In this document: positions 34,542-45,278 of the stretch, piece after piece
Layout of the letters: each line of letters begins with the position of its first letter
Numbering within the stretch: the stretch's first letter is position 1
Virus record (IMG/VR): IMGVR_UViG_3300011116_000128
Span: 1 to 62,169 of that record
Source of the DNA: a virus
Lineage: Duplodnaviria > Caudoviricetes
Direction: 5' to 3' (one strand)
Length of the DNA: 62,169 nt
Position numbers and translations under genes: made by a program
The notes under the pieces: generated by a model
Told to the model about the DNA's origin: nothing
Databases searched by the model: none
The model's input: only the letters and a program-made list of their open reading frames with translations

Positions 34542-34814
34542 ATGGCTGATGACAAAAAACCGTCCAATTACGACGAAGTAATGGACGCCAAAACACAGGC
34601 AAAAAGGGACGCTGCGTATGAAGCTTCTCTGACCAATACGGAGCCAAGCCCAACTCCAAAGTACAACGCTGGCGCAGGTCAAGGTTTGCGTGGGGTTAAA
34701 AGGATGGCTTCTGGTGGTTCTGCATCTAGCCGAGCCGATGGCATTGCTCAACGCGGTAAAACTCGTGGCACCATTGTTATGTGTGGTGGTGGGATGGCTG
34801 GGGGCAAAAAGTGA
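34542..34814 (+). CDS. Putative internal head protein
   Basis: AAGGAG RBS; MASGG..ADGIAQRGKT. Confidence 0.7.
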   Translation: MADDKKPSNYDEVMDAKTQAKRDAAYEASLTNTEPSPTPKYNAGAGQGLRGVKRMASGGSASSRADGIAQRGKTRGTIVMCGGGMAGGKK

Positions 34815-35086
34815 TAGCTTCTCGCGGCATGGGTGCTATCAACCCATCCAAAATGCCCGGCGCGAAGAAAAAAGCCCGCCGGGACGACACTGACTTCACG
34901 CAGTATGCGGAAGGCGGCAAGGTAAATGCTGCGGGAAATTACACCAAACCCAGCTTGCGTAAACGCATCGTGTCTCAAGTAAAGGCAGCGGCTACGCAAG
35001 GCACTGGCGCTGGGCAGTGGTCAGCACGCAAAGCGCAGCTTGTGGCCAAGAAGTACAAAGCCGCTGGTGGAGGGTACAAAGATTGA
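34811..35086 (+). CDS. Basic hypothetical protein
   Basis: GTG start; NYTKPSLRKRI..GQWSARKAQ..GGGYK. Confidence 0.7.
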   Translation: MIASRGMGAINPSKMPGAKKKARRDDTDFTQYAEGGKVNAAGNYTKPSLRKRIVSQVKAAATQGTGAGQWSARKAQLVAKKYKAAGGGYKD

Positions 35087-35316
35087 AAGCACCGCAGCAA
35101 TCCCTGAAAGATTGGGCGGCCCAAAAATGGCGTACCAAGTCGGGAAAGCCATCGTCAAAAACAGGTGAGCGTTATCTCCCTGAAGCTGCTATAAAGTCTC
35201 TGTCCCCTGCCGAGTACGCTGCGACCACCAAAGCAAAACGAGCAGGCAAAGCAGCAGGCAAACAGTTTGTAGCCCAACCCAAAAGCATCGCAAAGAAAAC
35301 AGCAGGTTTTAGATAA
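35083..35316 (+). CDS. DUF5872-like basic protein
   Basis: TTG start; QQSLKDW..QKWRTKSG..GERYLP. Confidence 0.7.
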   Translation: MKAPQQSLKDWAAQKWRTKSGKPSSKTGERYLPEAAIKSLSPAEYAATTKAKRAGKAAGKQFVAQPKSIAKKTAGFR

Positions 35317-36248
35317 TGGCAACTACCGGCACCACAGCCTTTAATCTGGAGTTTACAGAACTCGCTGAAGAGGCTTGGGAGCGGGCTGGGCGCGAGATGC
35401 GCTCTGGCTATGATTTGCGTACTGCCCGTCGATCATTGAACTTGATGACCATTGAATGGGCCAACCGCGGTCTCAACATGTGGACCATTGAGACGGGCAC
35501 GATTACGTTGACCCAGGGATTGAACACGTATGCACTACCCACAGACACGATTGATTTGCTGGACCATGTAATCCGAACTCAACCCAATGTTGCGTCAACC
35601 CAGGCTGATTTGAGCATTACCAGGATTAGTGTTTCTACCTACGCCACAATCCCCAACAAGCTGACCCAGGGCCGCCCAATTCAAGTGTGGATTCAGCGCT
35701 TGTCAGGTGAAACTAATCCAACTTCTTCAACGCTTGACGGCGCAATTACCTCAACGGCTGACTCCATTACGCTCAATACCGTTGTTGGCCTTGCTGGATC
35801 TGGCTACATCCGCCTGGACAGTGAAGACATCTATTACACCTACATTTCAGGGAATACCCTAGGTGGCGTGTTTCGCGGCCAAAACAATACGACAGCTGCA
35901 TCCCATGCAACTTCAACAGCAGTTAATGTTCCTCAGCTGCCAGCTATAACAGTGTGGCCTACGCCTGATGGATCGCAGACCTATCAATTTGTTTACTACC
36001 GGCTGCGCCGGGTCCAGGATGCTGGTAAGGGCGTTGAGACGGCCGATATGAATTTCCGGTTTTTGCCTTGCGTGGTAGCGGGCTTGGCTTATTACATAGC
36101 CATGAAGGTGCCTGAACTCCAAGGGCGGCTTGACATGCTAAAGGCGGTTTACGAAGAACAGTTCAAGCTTGCTGCTGGTGAAGACCATGAAAAAGCAACC
36201 TTGCGTCTTGTGCCCCGCATGGGATTTATTGGTGGAGGTGGGATGTAA
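35316..36248 (+). CDS. Head-tail adaptor-like virion protein
   Basis: ARRSLNL..EWANRG, VWPTPD, GLAYYIA. Confidence 0.65.
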   Translation: MATTGTTAFNLEFTELAEEAWERAGREMRSGYDLRTARRSLNLMTIEWANRGLNMWTIETGTITLTQGLNTYALPTDTIDLLDHVIRTQPNVASTQADLSITRISVSTYATIPNKLTQGRPIQVWIQRLSGETNPTSSTLDGAITSTADSITLNTVVGLAGSGYIRLDSEDIYYTYISGNTLGGVFRGQNNTTAASHATSTAVNVPQLPAITVWPTPDGSQTYQFVYYRLRRVQDAGKGVETADMNFRFLPCVVAGLAYYIAMKVPELQGRLDMLKAVYEEQFKLAAGEDHEKATLRLVPRMGFIGGGGM

Positions 36249-36658
36249 TGACCTCGCCATATGCATCTGGCAAATATTCAATCGCCGAATGTGATCGGTG
36301 CGGACAGCGATTTAAGCTGAAAAGATTGAAGGTTGAAGTCATAAAAACTAAACTCTATCAGTTGAAAGTTTGTGAGGAATGTTGGGATCCTGATCACCCA
36401 CAATTGCAGCTTGGCATGTACCCAGTCAATGATCCCCAGGCGGTGTACCAGCCCCGCCCGGACACGACATATGTGGCTGGCGGCTTGAATGGGTTGCAAC
36501 TGACTACTAACGGTCAAGGAACTCCAACAGGTGGCTCCAGGGACATTCAATGGGGGTGGTATCCTATTGGTGGATCTAGCGGTTTTGATGCGGTTTTGAC
36601 TCCAAATTACTTGGTCGGAACCACAAGTGTTGGCACGGTAACAGTAACGGTTTCATAG
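36248..36658 (+). CDS. Zn-finger virion-associated protein
   Basis: CDRCG..CEEC..HPQL. Confidence 0.7.
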   Translation: MTSPYASGKYSIAECDRCGQRFKLKRLKVEVIKTKLYQLKVCEECWDPDHPQLQLGMYPVNDPQAVYQPRPDTTYVAGGLNGLQLTTNGQGTPTGGSRDIQWGWYPIGGSSGFDAVLTPNYLVGTTSVGTVTVTVS

Positions 36659-36664
36659 GAGTCC

Positions 36665-36865
36665 ATGATGGCTAAAGAAGGCATGAAAAGTGATGTGGCG
36701 CAAGACAAGGCCATGATTAAGAAGGCGTTCAAGCAACACGATGCCCAAGAGCACAAAGGTGGCAAAGGCACTACGTTGAAGCTGAAAAAAGGTGGGCCCA
36801 CTACGGATGACCGTATGCGCCTTGGCCGTAATATGTCCCGCGCAAAAAATCAAGGGAGCAAGTAA
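36665..36865 (+). CDS. Small basic protein
   Basis: AGGAG RBS; LKKGG motif. Confidence 0.65.
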   Translation: MMAKEGMKSDVAQDKAMIKKAFKQHDAQEHKGGKGTTLKLKKGGPTTDDRMRLGRNMSRAKNQGSK

Positions 36866-37116
36866 TGGCCTACAGCATGAAAAAGGGCGGTAAAGAAGTT
36901 GGCCAAGCCAGCGTTTATGCGCCTCCTCATACGATGGACGGCAAGGCTATGAAGGCGTCTTCAGGTCCTAATCGCAGCAAACTTGATACGCTTGATGTTG
37001 CAATCGGCGCATACAGTAAGTCCGCTGGTGACGAGCAAGTCAAAACAACTGGCATCAAGATGCGTGGCGCAGGCTGTGCAACTAAGGGCGTAATGTCAAG
37101 GGGCCCGATGGCATGA
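36865..37116 (+). CDS. Small basic protein
   Basis: MKKGG; RGAGCATKG motif. Confidence 0.65.
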   Translation: MAYSMKKGGKEVGQASVYAPPHTMDGKAMKASSGPNRSKLDTLDVAIGAYSKSAGDEQVKTTGIKMRGAGCATKGVMSRGPMA

Positions 37117-37817
37117 ACTATTCTGAGCTTGTATCGGCGATACAGACCTACACAGAAAACAACTTTCCGACGATTACTCTCGCGGACGGTTCTACGGTCT
37201 CGTCTACGGCTCAGATTAACCGCTTCATTGAGCAGGCAGAGCAGCGCATCTACAACACGGTTCAGTTCCCATCTTTGCGCAAAAACGTAACGGGGACAAT
37301 CACGGCAAACAACAAGTATTTGTCTTGTCCTAATGATTTCTTAGCCCCTTACTCATTGGCTATTTACCCTAGCGGTGGAGGTGACTACACGTACTTGTTG
37401 AACAAAGATGTAAATTTTATGCGTGAGGCTTACCCCAACTCAACAAGCACGGGGATACCAAAGTACTACGCATTGTTTGGCCCGACTGTAAATGGTTCAA
37501 CAATTACAAATGAGCTAAGCATCATCCTGGGGCCAACGCCAGGAGTGACTTATTTAGCTGAGCTTCACTACTACTATTACCCAGAGTCCATCACTACCGC
37601 ATCAAGCGGACAAACATGGCTTGGCGACAACTTTGACTCTGTTTTGTTGTATGGTGCATTGGTTGAGGCTTACACATACATGAAGGGCGAGGCCGATTTG
37701 GTTGCCCTGTACGGCAAAAAATACGTTGAGGCATTGGCTCTGGCTAAACGTCTGGGTGATGGAATGGAGCGTCAAGACGCTTATCGCAGCGGCCAGCTCA
37801 GAGTTGAGGTTAGCTAA
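37113..37817 (+). CDS. Tail adaptor / tubular protein A-like
   Basis: MNYSEL..FIEQAEQRI..GIPKYYA..GPTP..LLYGALVEA. Confidence 0.75.
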   Translation: MNYSELVSAIQTYTENNFPTITLADGSTVSSTAQINRFIEQAEQRIYNTVQFPSLRKNVTGTITANNKYLSCPNDFLAPYSLAIYPSGGGDYTYLLNKDVNFMREAYPNSTSTGIPKYYALFGPTVNGSTITNELSIILGPTPGVTYLAELHYYYYPESITTASSGQTWLGDNFDSVLLYGALVEAYTYMKGEADLVALYGKKYVEALALAKRLGDGMERQDAYRSGQLRVEVS

Positions 37818-38233
37818 TGTCCATTGTCCAAACTCAAACCACCAGCTTCAAGCAGGAGCTATATCAGGCGGTTCACAACCTGTCGTCTGACACCATCTAC
37901 ATCGCCTTGTACACGGGCGATGCAAACTTGAACGCAGACACAACGGCCTACACAAGCTCAAATGAAGTGGTGGCATCTGGTTACACGGCTGGCGGGCAAG
38001 CATTGACTGGTGTCTCCATCAGTTCATCGGGCTACACTGCCTACGTAAACTGGGCAAATGTGTCTTGGACTGCGGCTATCACCGCCCGGTGCGCCCTGAT
38101 TTACAACGTGACCCAAGGCAACAAGTCCATCGCCGTCATTGACTTCGGCGCAGACAAAACCTCGACTACCACGTTTACAATCACCATGCCCGCCAACACG
38201 GCTACCACTGCACTTATCAGGAGTTCAAATTGA
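37817..38233 (+). CDS. Tail structural protein, paralog 1
   Basis: SFKQEL..HN..IALYT..EV..GYTAGG. Confidence 0.75.
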   Translation: MSIVQTQTTSFKQELYQAVHNLSSDTIYIALYTGDANLNADTTAYTSSNEVVASGYTAGGQALTGVSISSSGYTAYVNWANVSWTAAITARCALIYNVTQGNKSIAVIDFGADKTSTTTFTITMPANTATTALIRSSN

Positions 38234-38421
38234 TTGTTACGACGACCAAAGGCGACATGGACGACTCCCTGTTGGAGCATCGCACTGGCACGATTGACAA
38301 CGAGAACGAGTTGACTACGTGGGTTGAGTATTGGCTGGAAGGGGAGCTTGTCCACCGCTCAGCCCATGTGATTTTGAAACAGATGCCCAGCTTTGCTGGC
38401 GGCGAAACCGCAACCTTTTAA
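38230..38421 (+). CDS. Hypothetical protein
   Basis: TTG start with AGGAG RBS; WVEYWLEGELVHRS. Confidence 0.7.
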   Translation: MIVTTTKGDMDDSLLEHRTGTIDNENELTTWVEYWLEGELVHRSAHVILKQMPSFAGGETATF

Positions 38422-38432
38422 GGGGAAATACC

Positions 38433-38909
38433 GTGGCGAACACCCAATCAATGTGCACTTCGTTCCTTGGCGAACTGATGACCGGCACGCACAATTTCGG
38501 CGTTGGCCCCATCCGGGCGGCTACCACAGCGGACACGTTCAAAGCCGCTTTGTACCTAGCTTCGGCAACCATCAACGCAGCGACTACGGCCTACACGGCT
38601 ACAGGTGAAGTGACGGGAACCAACTACACGGCTGGCGGCATCACGGTAACCAACGCTACCGCGCCCACTTCTACCAATTCTTCGGCCACCGCCGGGGTGG
38701 GCTACTGGACACCCTCTGCCAGCTTGGTGTACACGACTGTGACCCTGACCACTGCGTTCGACACGGTGCTGATTTACAACTCCACCCAGAGCAACAAGGC
38801 GGTGAGTGTGCATACCTTCTCCTCGCAGACCATCACTGCGGGAACCTTGACGCTGACAATGCCGTCCAACACCACGACGACTGCACTGCTGCGTTTGGCT
38901 ACAACCTAA
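38433..38909 (+). CDS. Tail structural protein, paralog 2
   Basis: GTG start; SFLGEL..HN..KAALY..EV..NYTAGG, homologous to 37817-38233. Confidence 0.75.
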   Translation: MANTQSMCTSFLGELMTGTHNFGVGPIRAATTADTFKAALYLASATINAATTAYTATGEVTGTNYTAGGITVTNATAPTSTNSSATAGVGYWTPSASLVYTTVTLTTAFDTVLIYNSTQSNKAVSVHTFSSQTITAGTLTLTMPSNTTTTALLRLATT

Positions 38910-38940
38910 TAGCGGGGCGCGGCTATACGCCGTGTAGACC

Positions 38941-39948
38941 ATGTTTGGTATAGACCCGTTTTCCGCTGCGCCGTTTGGAGCCACGGCTGCGGGCGGGTTG
39001 TCTGGCGTCCAAGCCACCGGTAATACTGGAAGCGTTTCCACCAGTCGCACAATTGCGCTCACCGGGGTCAGTGCAGAAGCCCAAGTCAATTACGCATGGG
39101 GCACTGGGACTTGGAGTTCCTACGGCTGGGGCGGCGTATCCCCGAACCTTAGCGTCAGCGTCAGCTACGACCGGGCCATCACAGGCGTTGCAGCTACCGG
39201 AGCAGTAGATAGTGTTTCTGTAGAGGTCTCCCTCGTTCTTTCCGGTGTACAGGCTTCTGGCGCTGTTGGTACGGTCACCTACGAACTGTCAAAAGCCCTG
39301 ACCGGGGTTCAGGCCAGCGGGGATGTTGGTACGGTCACGTACAGCATAGCCAAGGCCATAGCGGGGGTAGAAGCTTCCGGCGCGGTTGGGGCTGTTGTTT
39401 ATGGGCTGGCACGAGACCTGACAGGCAATGCCGCTGCTGGCGCAGTAGGCACGGTCACCTACGGCGTATCTCAAACCCTGACAGGTGCACCTGCAACCGG
39501 AGAAGTGGGGTCGGTCGCCCCAAGCCATACGCTGTCGTTGTCAGGAGTTGATGCTGCCGGGGCGGTTGGCGTCATTGGGTTTAGCAAGGAAGCAGCCCTT
39601 ACTGGGGTTCAGGCAGACGGCGGCGTGGGGACAGTGGTTCCCCCGCTCAGCATCAACACCGTTTCCGCTGAAGGGCAGGTTGGCAGCGTTGGGTTTAGCA
39701 TCACGATGGCGCTGTCTGGGGTGTCTGCCTCGGGCTACGTGGGCTCACTCCGACTGTTGTGGGAACTCATTGATGACAGCCAGACGGCCAACTGGCAGAA
39801 TATTGACGACACACAGTCCGCTGCTTGGGCAGCTATCGACACCGCCCAGAATTCCAGTTGGAGCAACACGAGCACCACTCAAACGCCGGGCTGGGATACA
39901 ATTGACAACGCGCAAACCGACCAGTGGGAATTGGTCGAAACGACATAG
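38941..39948 (+). CDS. Tail fibre-like repeat protein
   Basis: About ten ~21-aa LTGVxAxGxVGxV repeats; Trp-spaced C-terminal repeats. Confidence 0.75.
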   Translation: MFGIDPFSAAPFGATAAGGLSGVQATGNTGSVSTSRTIALTGVSAEAQVNYAWGTGTWSSYGWGGVSPNLSVSVSYDRAITGVAATGAVDSVSVEVSLVLSGVQASGAVGTVTYELSKALTGVQASGDVGTVTYSIAKAIAGVEASGAVGAVVYGLARDLTGNAAAGAVGTVTYGVSQTLTGAPATGEVGSVAPSHTLSLSGVDAAGAVGVIGFSKEAALTGVQADGGVGTVVPPLSINTVSAEGQVGSVGFSITMALSGVSASGYVGSLRLLWELIDDSQTANWQNIDDTQSAAWAAIDTAQNSSWSNTSTTQTPGWDTIDNAQTDQWELVETT

Positions 39949-39956
39949 GGTTCTAG

Positions 39957-40301
39957 ATGGCACTTGTTTTAGCCGACCGCGTACAGGTAGCAGCGACAGC
40001 CAACACGACTGTCAGCTTCACGTTAGGCGCGACCTCTACCGGCTTTCAGAGCTTTGCCGTCATTGGGAACGGCAATACAACGTACTACTCCGCGACGGAC
40101 GGAACCAACTGGGAAGTCGGGATTGGCACTTACGCCACTGCTGGCCCCACCCTTACCCGCACCACAATCTTCTCGTCGAGCAACAGCAACAACGCCGTCA
40201 GTACGTTTGGGGCGACCGTCACGGTGTTTGTGACCTACCCCGCCAGTGCGGCAGCTACTGACGGCAAGTCAATCATCATGTCGATGGTGTTTGGAATCTA
40301 A
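39957..40301 (+). CDS. Tail protein
   Basis: MALVLADRV..WEVGIGT..VFVTYPA. Confidence 0.7.
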   Translation: MALVLADRVQVAATANTTVSFTLGATSTGFQSFAVIGNGNTTYYSATDGTNWEVGIGTYATAGPTLTRTTIFSSSNSNNAVSTFGATVTVFVTYPASAAATDGKSIIMSMVFGI

Positions 40302-40310
40302 AGGAACCCT

Positions 40311-40682
40311 ATGGCAAACCCGAATATGGTCAATGTGTCCTCCATCCTTGGAGTGACTACCTACCTTGTGCCGACCACCACAACCGCAACTACATGGACT
40401 GCCCTGACTCCATCCGCTGGAACCATCAACAAAATTGACACCATGACGGCTACGAACGTCACGGCGACAGCGGCGGTTGTCACCGTATCCATCAATAGCG
40501 CGACCGGTGGCGGCGGTACTGCGTACCGACTTACGTACCAAACCAGCGTACCGGGCAACTCATCTTTGGTGGTCGTGGATAAAAGCACCATGATTTACGT
40601 CGGTGAAGCCCAGTCTATTGTGGTCACATCGGGAACCACCAATGCAATCGAGATGGTGGCTACTTACGAGGCAATCAGCTGA
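40311..40682 (+). CDS. Tail protein
   Basis: MANPN..YEAIS, beta-sandwich-like. Confidence 0.7.
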   Translation: MANPNMVNVSSILGVTTYLVPTTTTATTWTALTPSAGTINKIDTMTATNVTATAAVVTVSINSATGGGGTAYRLTYQTSVPGNSSLVVVDKSTMIYVGEAQSIVVTSGTTNAIEMVATYEAIS

Positions 40683-42262
40683 TGAATCGGTACAAGGGTT
40701 CCATTCGGTCTGCTACGGCTGCGCCTACCAGCAACATTGCTGCGGTTGGCATATGGACTTTGACGGAGCAAATGCAAGGTAAACAAGCAAGTGCTTGGCC
40801 GGGGTATGTAACCCCCACTGTTGACTATCTTGTAGTTGCAGGTGGAGGGGGAGCAAATCGTGGGGGTGGGGGCGCAGGTGGTCTTCTATCAGCTACTGGG
40901 TTTTCTATAACCGCAGGGGTTCAATACACTGTTACTGTAGGCGGCGGGGGTGCGCAAGGCACTGCGAATGCAAATGCGAACTTCGGAAGCAATTCTGTTT
41001 TTAGTAGCATCACAGCAACGGGTGGGGGACAAGGCGGGGGCGCTGGCGGCGTTGGGGCTACTGGAGGTTCGGGCGGGGGCGGAAGTGCCTCTGGCGGCTC
41101 GGTAGTTGCGGGTGGCTCAGGTACAGCGGGCCAAGGAAATGCAGGTGGCGCTAATGCTATTAACGCTGATACTTCTCAATCTCCTTACCCGTCAGGAGGA
41201 GGCGGTGGAGCGGGCGCAGTGGGGCAGACTGGGGGTGTAAATTTTGCGGGCTCAATTTCTGGTACAACGCTAACAGTAACGTCAGTTACTAATGGGGTTC
41301 TTGGCGTTGGGCAAATAATACAAACTAACGCCAGTGCTATAACTGCGGGTACAACAATTACCGCATTAGGCACAGGTACAGGTGGTATAGGTACATACAC
41401 GGTAAGTGTGTCTCAGACTGTTTCAGCGCAATCAGCTATATATACGTTATATCAGCCGGGGGCAGGAGGAGCGGGCCTTACATCCACTTTGCCTCCTTCT
41501 GTTTCTTGCACTGCTAATATTACAAATACCAGCACTACAGTTGCAGTAACCGCTATATCTACCGGCGTATTAGATGTAGGAACTGTGTTAGTTGGTACAG
41601 GCATTCCAACAGGTGCATACATTGTCAACCAGCAGTGGGGGGCGAGTGGCACAGCAGCGGCCAATACAACCGCTACGGGCAGCATCAATACAAACACCAT
41701 TACAGTGGCAAGCGCCACAGGAATTGCAATAGGCCAGTTAATTTCTGGGAACGGTGCAGCAGTCACGGGTATATCTAACGGAACATACGTTGCAAATTTG
41801 GTAGGCACAACGGTAACACTGAGCAACCCATTGACCGCTGCGCTTGCTTCCACGGCGGTATATTTTTTCACTGCCGGTAACACTGGGTCTTACACAATTA
41901 GTTCTGCTGCTACGGCAACCACCACAGGCTTGTCCACCACAAGCAATGGCGTTTATTTTGCTGGCGGCGGTGGAGGCTCTTGCTTTGGTTCAGCACTTGT
42001 TGGTAGAGGCGGTGCTGGTGGCGGGGCAGCGGGTTCAGCAGGTTCAAACGCTATGGGGTCAAGTGGGGTAAAAAATACTGGCGGTGGCGGGGGTGGCACA
42101 GGAAATGGCGGGGTATCTGGCGCTGGCGGTTCCGGTGTAGTAATTATTCGCTATCCAGACTCGTATGGTTTAGCTGTAGCCACCACAGGTTCACCCACAG
42201 TCACTACCGCCGGAGGCTACCGCGTGTATAAGTTTACTTCTTCTGGAACAATCACTTTCTAA
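40682..42262 (+). CDS. Glycine-rich tail fibre / adhesin
   Basis: [11 protein letters not shown]...[10 protein letters not shown] glycine-rich domain with inserted beta modules. Confidence 0.8.
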   Translation: MNRYKGSIRSATAAPTSNIAAVGIWTLTEQMQGKQASAWPGYVTPTVDYLVVAGGGGANRGGGGAGGLLSATGFSITAGVQYTVTVGGGGAQGTANANANFGSNSVFSSITATGGGQGGGAGGVGATGGSGGGGSASGGSVVAGGSGTAGQGNAGGANAINADTSQSPYPSGGGGGAGAVGQTGGVNFAGSISGTTLTVTSVTNGVLGVGQIIQTNASAITAGTTITALGTGTGGIGTYTVSVSQTVSAQSAIYTLYQPGAGGAGLTSTLPPSVSCTANITNTSTTVAVTAISTGVLDVGTVLVGTGIPTGAYIVNQQWGASGTAAANTTATGSINTNTITVASATGIAIGQLISGNGAAVTGISNGTYVANLVGTTVTLSNPLTAALASTAVYFFTAGNTGSYTISSAATATTTGLSTTSNGVYFAGGGGGSCFGSALVGRGGAGGGAAGSAGSNAMGSSGVKNTGGGGGGTGNGGVSGAGGSGVVIIRYPDSYGLAVATTGSPTVTTAGGYRVYKFTSSGTITF

Positions 42263-42264
42263 TC

Positions 42265-42606
42265 ATGGCCCACTTTGCGCAAGTAATCAACGGCTATGTC
42301 CAGCAGGTCATTGTGGCTGACCAAGATGTCATCGACTCTGGTGCTTTTGGCTCAGGATGGGTACAGACCAGCTACAACACTTACGGGGGCCAACACTTAA
42401 TGGGTGGCACGCCATTCCGCAAGAATTACGCTGGCATCGGCTACACCTACGATGCCCAAAGGGATGCGTTTATACCGCCAAAGCCCTACAATAGCTGGAC
42501 GTTGAACGAAGATACCTGCTTGTGGCAGCCGCCTGTAGCGCGGCCTGTGGACGACAATATGTACGACTGGGATGAAGAATCCCTCTCTTGGAGAATGATT
42601 ACATGA
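42265..42606 (+). CDS. Tail-fibre-associated protein
   Basis: MAHFA..WVQTSYN..FRKNYAGIG..DAFIPPKP. Confidence 0.75.
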   Translation: MAHFAQVINGYVQQVIVADQDVIDSGAFGSGWVQTSYNTYGGQHLMGGTPFRKNYAGIGYTYDAQRDAFIPPKPYNSWTLNEDTCLWQPPVARPVDDNMYDWDEESLSWRMIT

Positions 42607-43199
42607 CGACTGCGTATACCTCCCTCTTGGGCCTTGCCCTCCCTGTAACGGGCGAACTGTCCGGGACATGGGGCGACACGGTCAACAACTACATCACCCA
42701 GTACCTTGATGCGGCAGTGGCGGGCACGAACACCATCAGCACCGATGCTGATGTCACGCTGACCAAGACTACCAATGCATCACTTACAGGGACTTCCTCG
42801 CAGTACTCCATCATTCTCTGGACGGCAGGGGGCACAGCAACCCGCACCATCATTGCCCCCGCAGCATCGTCAGGTAGCCGCCAGTACTACATCGTCGTCA
42901 ACAAGACTTCCAGCACGCAGTCCATCAAGCTGTGCGGCACGGGGCCAACCACCGGGGTCACCATTGGCGCGGGCAGTTCGGCAATCTGTGTATGGAACGG
43001 CTCAGACTTCATCAAGGTCTCAGGAAGCGGTGGGGCTACCGGTGGCGGGGCCGACCAGATTTTTTACGAGAACGGCCAAACGGTGAACACCAGCTACACC
43101 ATCACAACCAACAACAACGCCGGTACGTTTGGGCCCGTCACAGTCGCAAGCGGAGTCACGGTAACCATCCCGTCTGGTTCTGTCTGGTCAGTTGTTTAA
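42603..43199 (+). CDS. Tail protein
   Basis: GELSGTWG; C-terminal GP..VTVTIPSGSVW. Confidence 0.75.
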   Translation: MTTAYTSLLGLALPVTGELSGTWGDTVNNYITQYLDAAVAGTNTISTDADVTLTKTTNASLTGTSSQYSIILWTAGGTATRTIIAPAASSGSRQYYIVVNKTSSTQSIKLCGTGPTTGVTIGAGSSAICVWNGSDFIKVSGSGGATGGGADQIFYENGQTVNTSYTITTNNNAGTFGPVTVASGVTVTIPSGSVWSVV

Positions 43200-43208
43200 G
43201 GAGAACCC

Positions 43209-43892
43209 ATGAGTTCAATCGCACTTTCAGGCAACGCATCGGGCGCAGGCGTATTCACCATCGCCTCGCCCAACAGCGCCAGCAGCTACACGCTAACCCT
43301 CCCTGCGGCCACGGGCACGTTGGTAGCGGGTGCGAATGCAAATAGCGTCGCCTTGCCCGGCTCCACATCGGGCACGATAACACTCACCGCACCCGCCGTT
43401 GCGGGAACGAATACCATTACTTTGGCCGCGCAGACGGGAACACTGAATGTGGCTGGCCCAGCGTTCAGTGCGTATGCAAGCACTACGCAAAGCATCACAA
43501 GCAACGTGCATACAAAGGTGGCGATTGACACGGAGATTTTTGACACCAATTCATGCTTTGATACTGCCACCTACCGATTTACTCCGACAGTAGCTGGATA
43601 CTACCAAGTCAACGGTCATATACGGCTATCTGCCAACGCAACCACCATATCGCAAGCGGTAGTTAGTATATTCAAAAATGGAACCACCGTAGGCGCGGCC
43701 TCCGTAGACAATTTTGCCACAACGGTAATTACATCGTATGTTGCCCGCAGTATTAACACCCTCGTTTACTTGAACGGTTCTACTGACTACATTGAGTTGT
43801 ATGGGTCAATTACAGGTACAAGTCCCCAATTTATTGCTGGTTCCGCTACAGCCACAGCTTCTTTCTCCGCAAGCCTTGTGAGGGGTGCATAA
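43209..43892 (+). CDS. C1q-like domain tail protein
   Basis: PAFSAY..FDT..RFTPTVAGYYQ..NGSTDYIELY. Confidence 0.75.
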   Translation: MSSIALSGNASGAGVFTIASPNSASSYTLTLPAATGTLVAGANANSVALPGSTSGTITLTAPAVAGTNTITLAAQTGTLNVAGPAFSAYASTTQSITSNVHTKVAIDTEIFDTNSCFDTATYRFTPTVAGYYQVNGHIRLSANATTISQAVVSIFKNGTTVGAASVDNFATTVITSYVARSINTLVYLNGSTDYIELYGSITGTSPQFIAGSATATASFSASLVRGA

Positions 43893-43893
43893 C

Positions 43894-44055
43894 ATGACAC
43901 TGTACGAAAAAATTATGGCGCTTTACCCTGACATGCAGGAGGCGGATTTTGCGGAGTTTGTTCTGCTGCAAAACGACTGGGATGGGCGCGGTGATTACAT
44001 CGCCAAATGGGAACACCCCGCTCTCCCACGCCCCACTGAGGAGCAACTAGCATGA
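43894..44055 (+). CDS. XkdW-like small tail protein (53 aa, not in track)
   Basis: LQNDWDGRGDYIAKWEHP..PTEEQL. Confidence 0.65.
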   Translation: MTLYEKIMALYPDMQEADFAEFVLLQNDWDGRGDYIAKWEHPALPRPTEEQLA

Positions 44056-44900
44056 CCGCTGTACTATCAGGCACAAACGGGCTGATTCAGTCCTACGGCT
44101 ACATAGACAATACGACCACCCCGGTCGCTGCGACCAACGGGTTTAACTACACCTTCACGCCGTCATCGACGGGAACTGTGCTGGTGATAAACCCCGCTGG
44201 CACATTGGCTACCGGCATCATCACGATGCCCGCCTCGCCTGTGGACGGCATGACCATCACGTTCAGCAGCAGCCAGCAAATCACGGCGCTGACAATGATG
44301 GGTAACGGTGCGAACATCAACAACGCCGTGACATTGTTGCCAGCCAAGACAGCGGTGACCTACGTCTACCGCGCAACAGGCACTACTTGGTGGCCTATGC
44401 AGAGTGTGCCGGGTACAGGTTCGCAGTTGGTGAGCGGCACTGCGGTAGCGTCCACCAGCGGAACTAACATTGATTTCACCGGCATTCCAAGCTGGGTCAA
44501 ACGCATCACTGTTATGTTTAATGGGGTTAGTACAAGTGGCACAAGTAATTTGTACTTACAAATCGGCACAAGTAGTGGGGTGGAAACTAGTGGGTACGTT
44601 TCTGGCATTGGAAGTAGCACATCTGCTGGTTCTGCTGGATATGCTTCTGCTACAACTGCTTTTATTTTGGTAGGCATTAACACAATTACAGATACGCAAA
44701 ATGGGTTTGTCGTGTTAACTAATGTGTCTGGGAATATTTGGACTGAAATGGGCGCGTTAAATCGGGCTTCTGGCGGCACAAGCGCCGTTGCTACATCGGC
44801 TGGCTCCAAAACTTTAGCTGCGGTTTTAGACCGTGTACGCATCACCACAGCGGGCGGTGACACTTTCGACGCTGGCTCCATCAACATTCTTTACGAGTAA
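44052..44900 (+). CDS. Tail fibre protein
   Basis: IDFTGIPSWVKRITV..TFDAGSINILYE. Confidence 0.75.
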   Translation: MTAVLSGTNGLIQSYGYIDNTTTPVAATNGFNYTFTPSSTGTVLVINPAGTLATGIITMPASPVDGMTITFSSSQQITALTMMGNGANINNAVTLLPAKTAVTYVYRATGTTWWPMQSVPGTGSQLVSGTAVASTSGTNIDFTGIPSWVKRITVMFNGVSTSGTSNLYLQIGTSSGVETSGYVSGIGSSTSAGSAGYASATTAFILVGINTITDTQNGFVVLTNVSGNIWTEMGALNRASGGTSAVATSAGSKTLAAVLDRVRITTAGGDTFDAGSINILYE

Positions 44901-44906
44901 ACCACT

Positions 44907-45278
44907 ATGGCAACCACAATTAGCGGAAGCACTGGAGTCGCAGCACCGGGCCTGACCTTATCAGGCCAATACACCGAGGGTGTTGTAGGTATTGGCAACT
45001 CAGGCACAGCACAAACACTATCTCTTGCCAATGGCACTTTCCAAACGGTGACCATGACAGGCAACTGCACGTTCACTATGCCTGCTGCAACGGCGGGGCA
45101 ATCGTTCACTTTGTTGATTAGTACGGGTGCGGGCTCCTTCACGGGCACGTTCACGGGGGTCAAGTGGCCCAACAATACTGCCCCCACCATCACCACGACT
45201 GCCAGCCGCTGGGACATCCTGACGTTCATCAGCAACGGCACTAGCTGGTATGGTAACTTTGCACAGGCATACGCATAA
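44907..45278 (+). CDS. Tail protein
   Basis: VKWP..APT..DILTF..GTSWYG. Confidence 0.7.
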   Translation: MATTISGSTGVAAPGLTLSGQYTEGVVGIGNSGTAQTLSLANGTFQTVTMTGNCTFTMPAATAGQSFTLLISTGAGSFTGTFTGVKWPNNTAPTITTTASRWDILTFISNGTSWYGNFAQAYA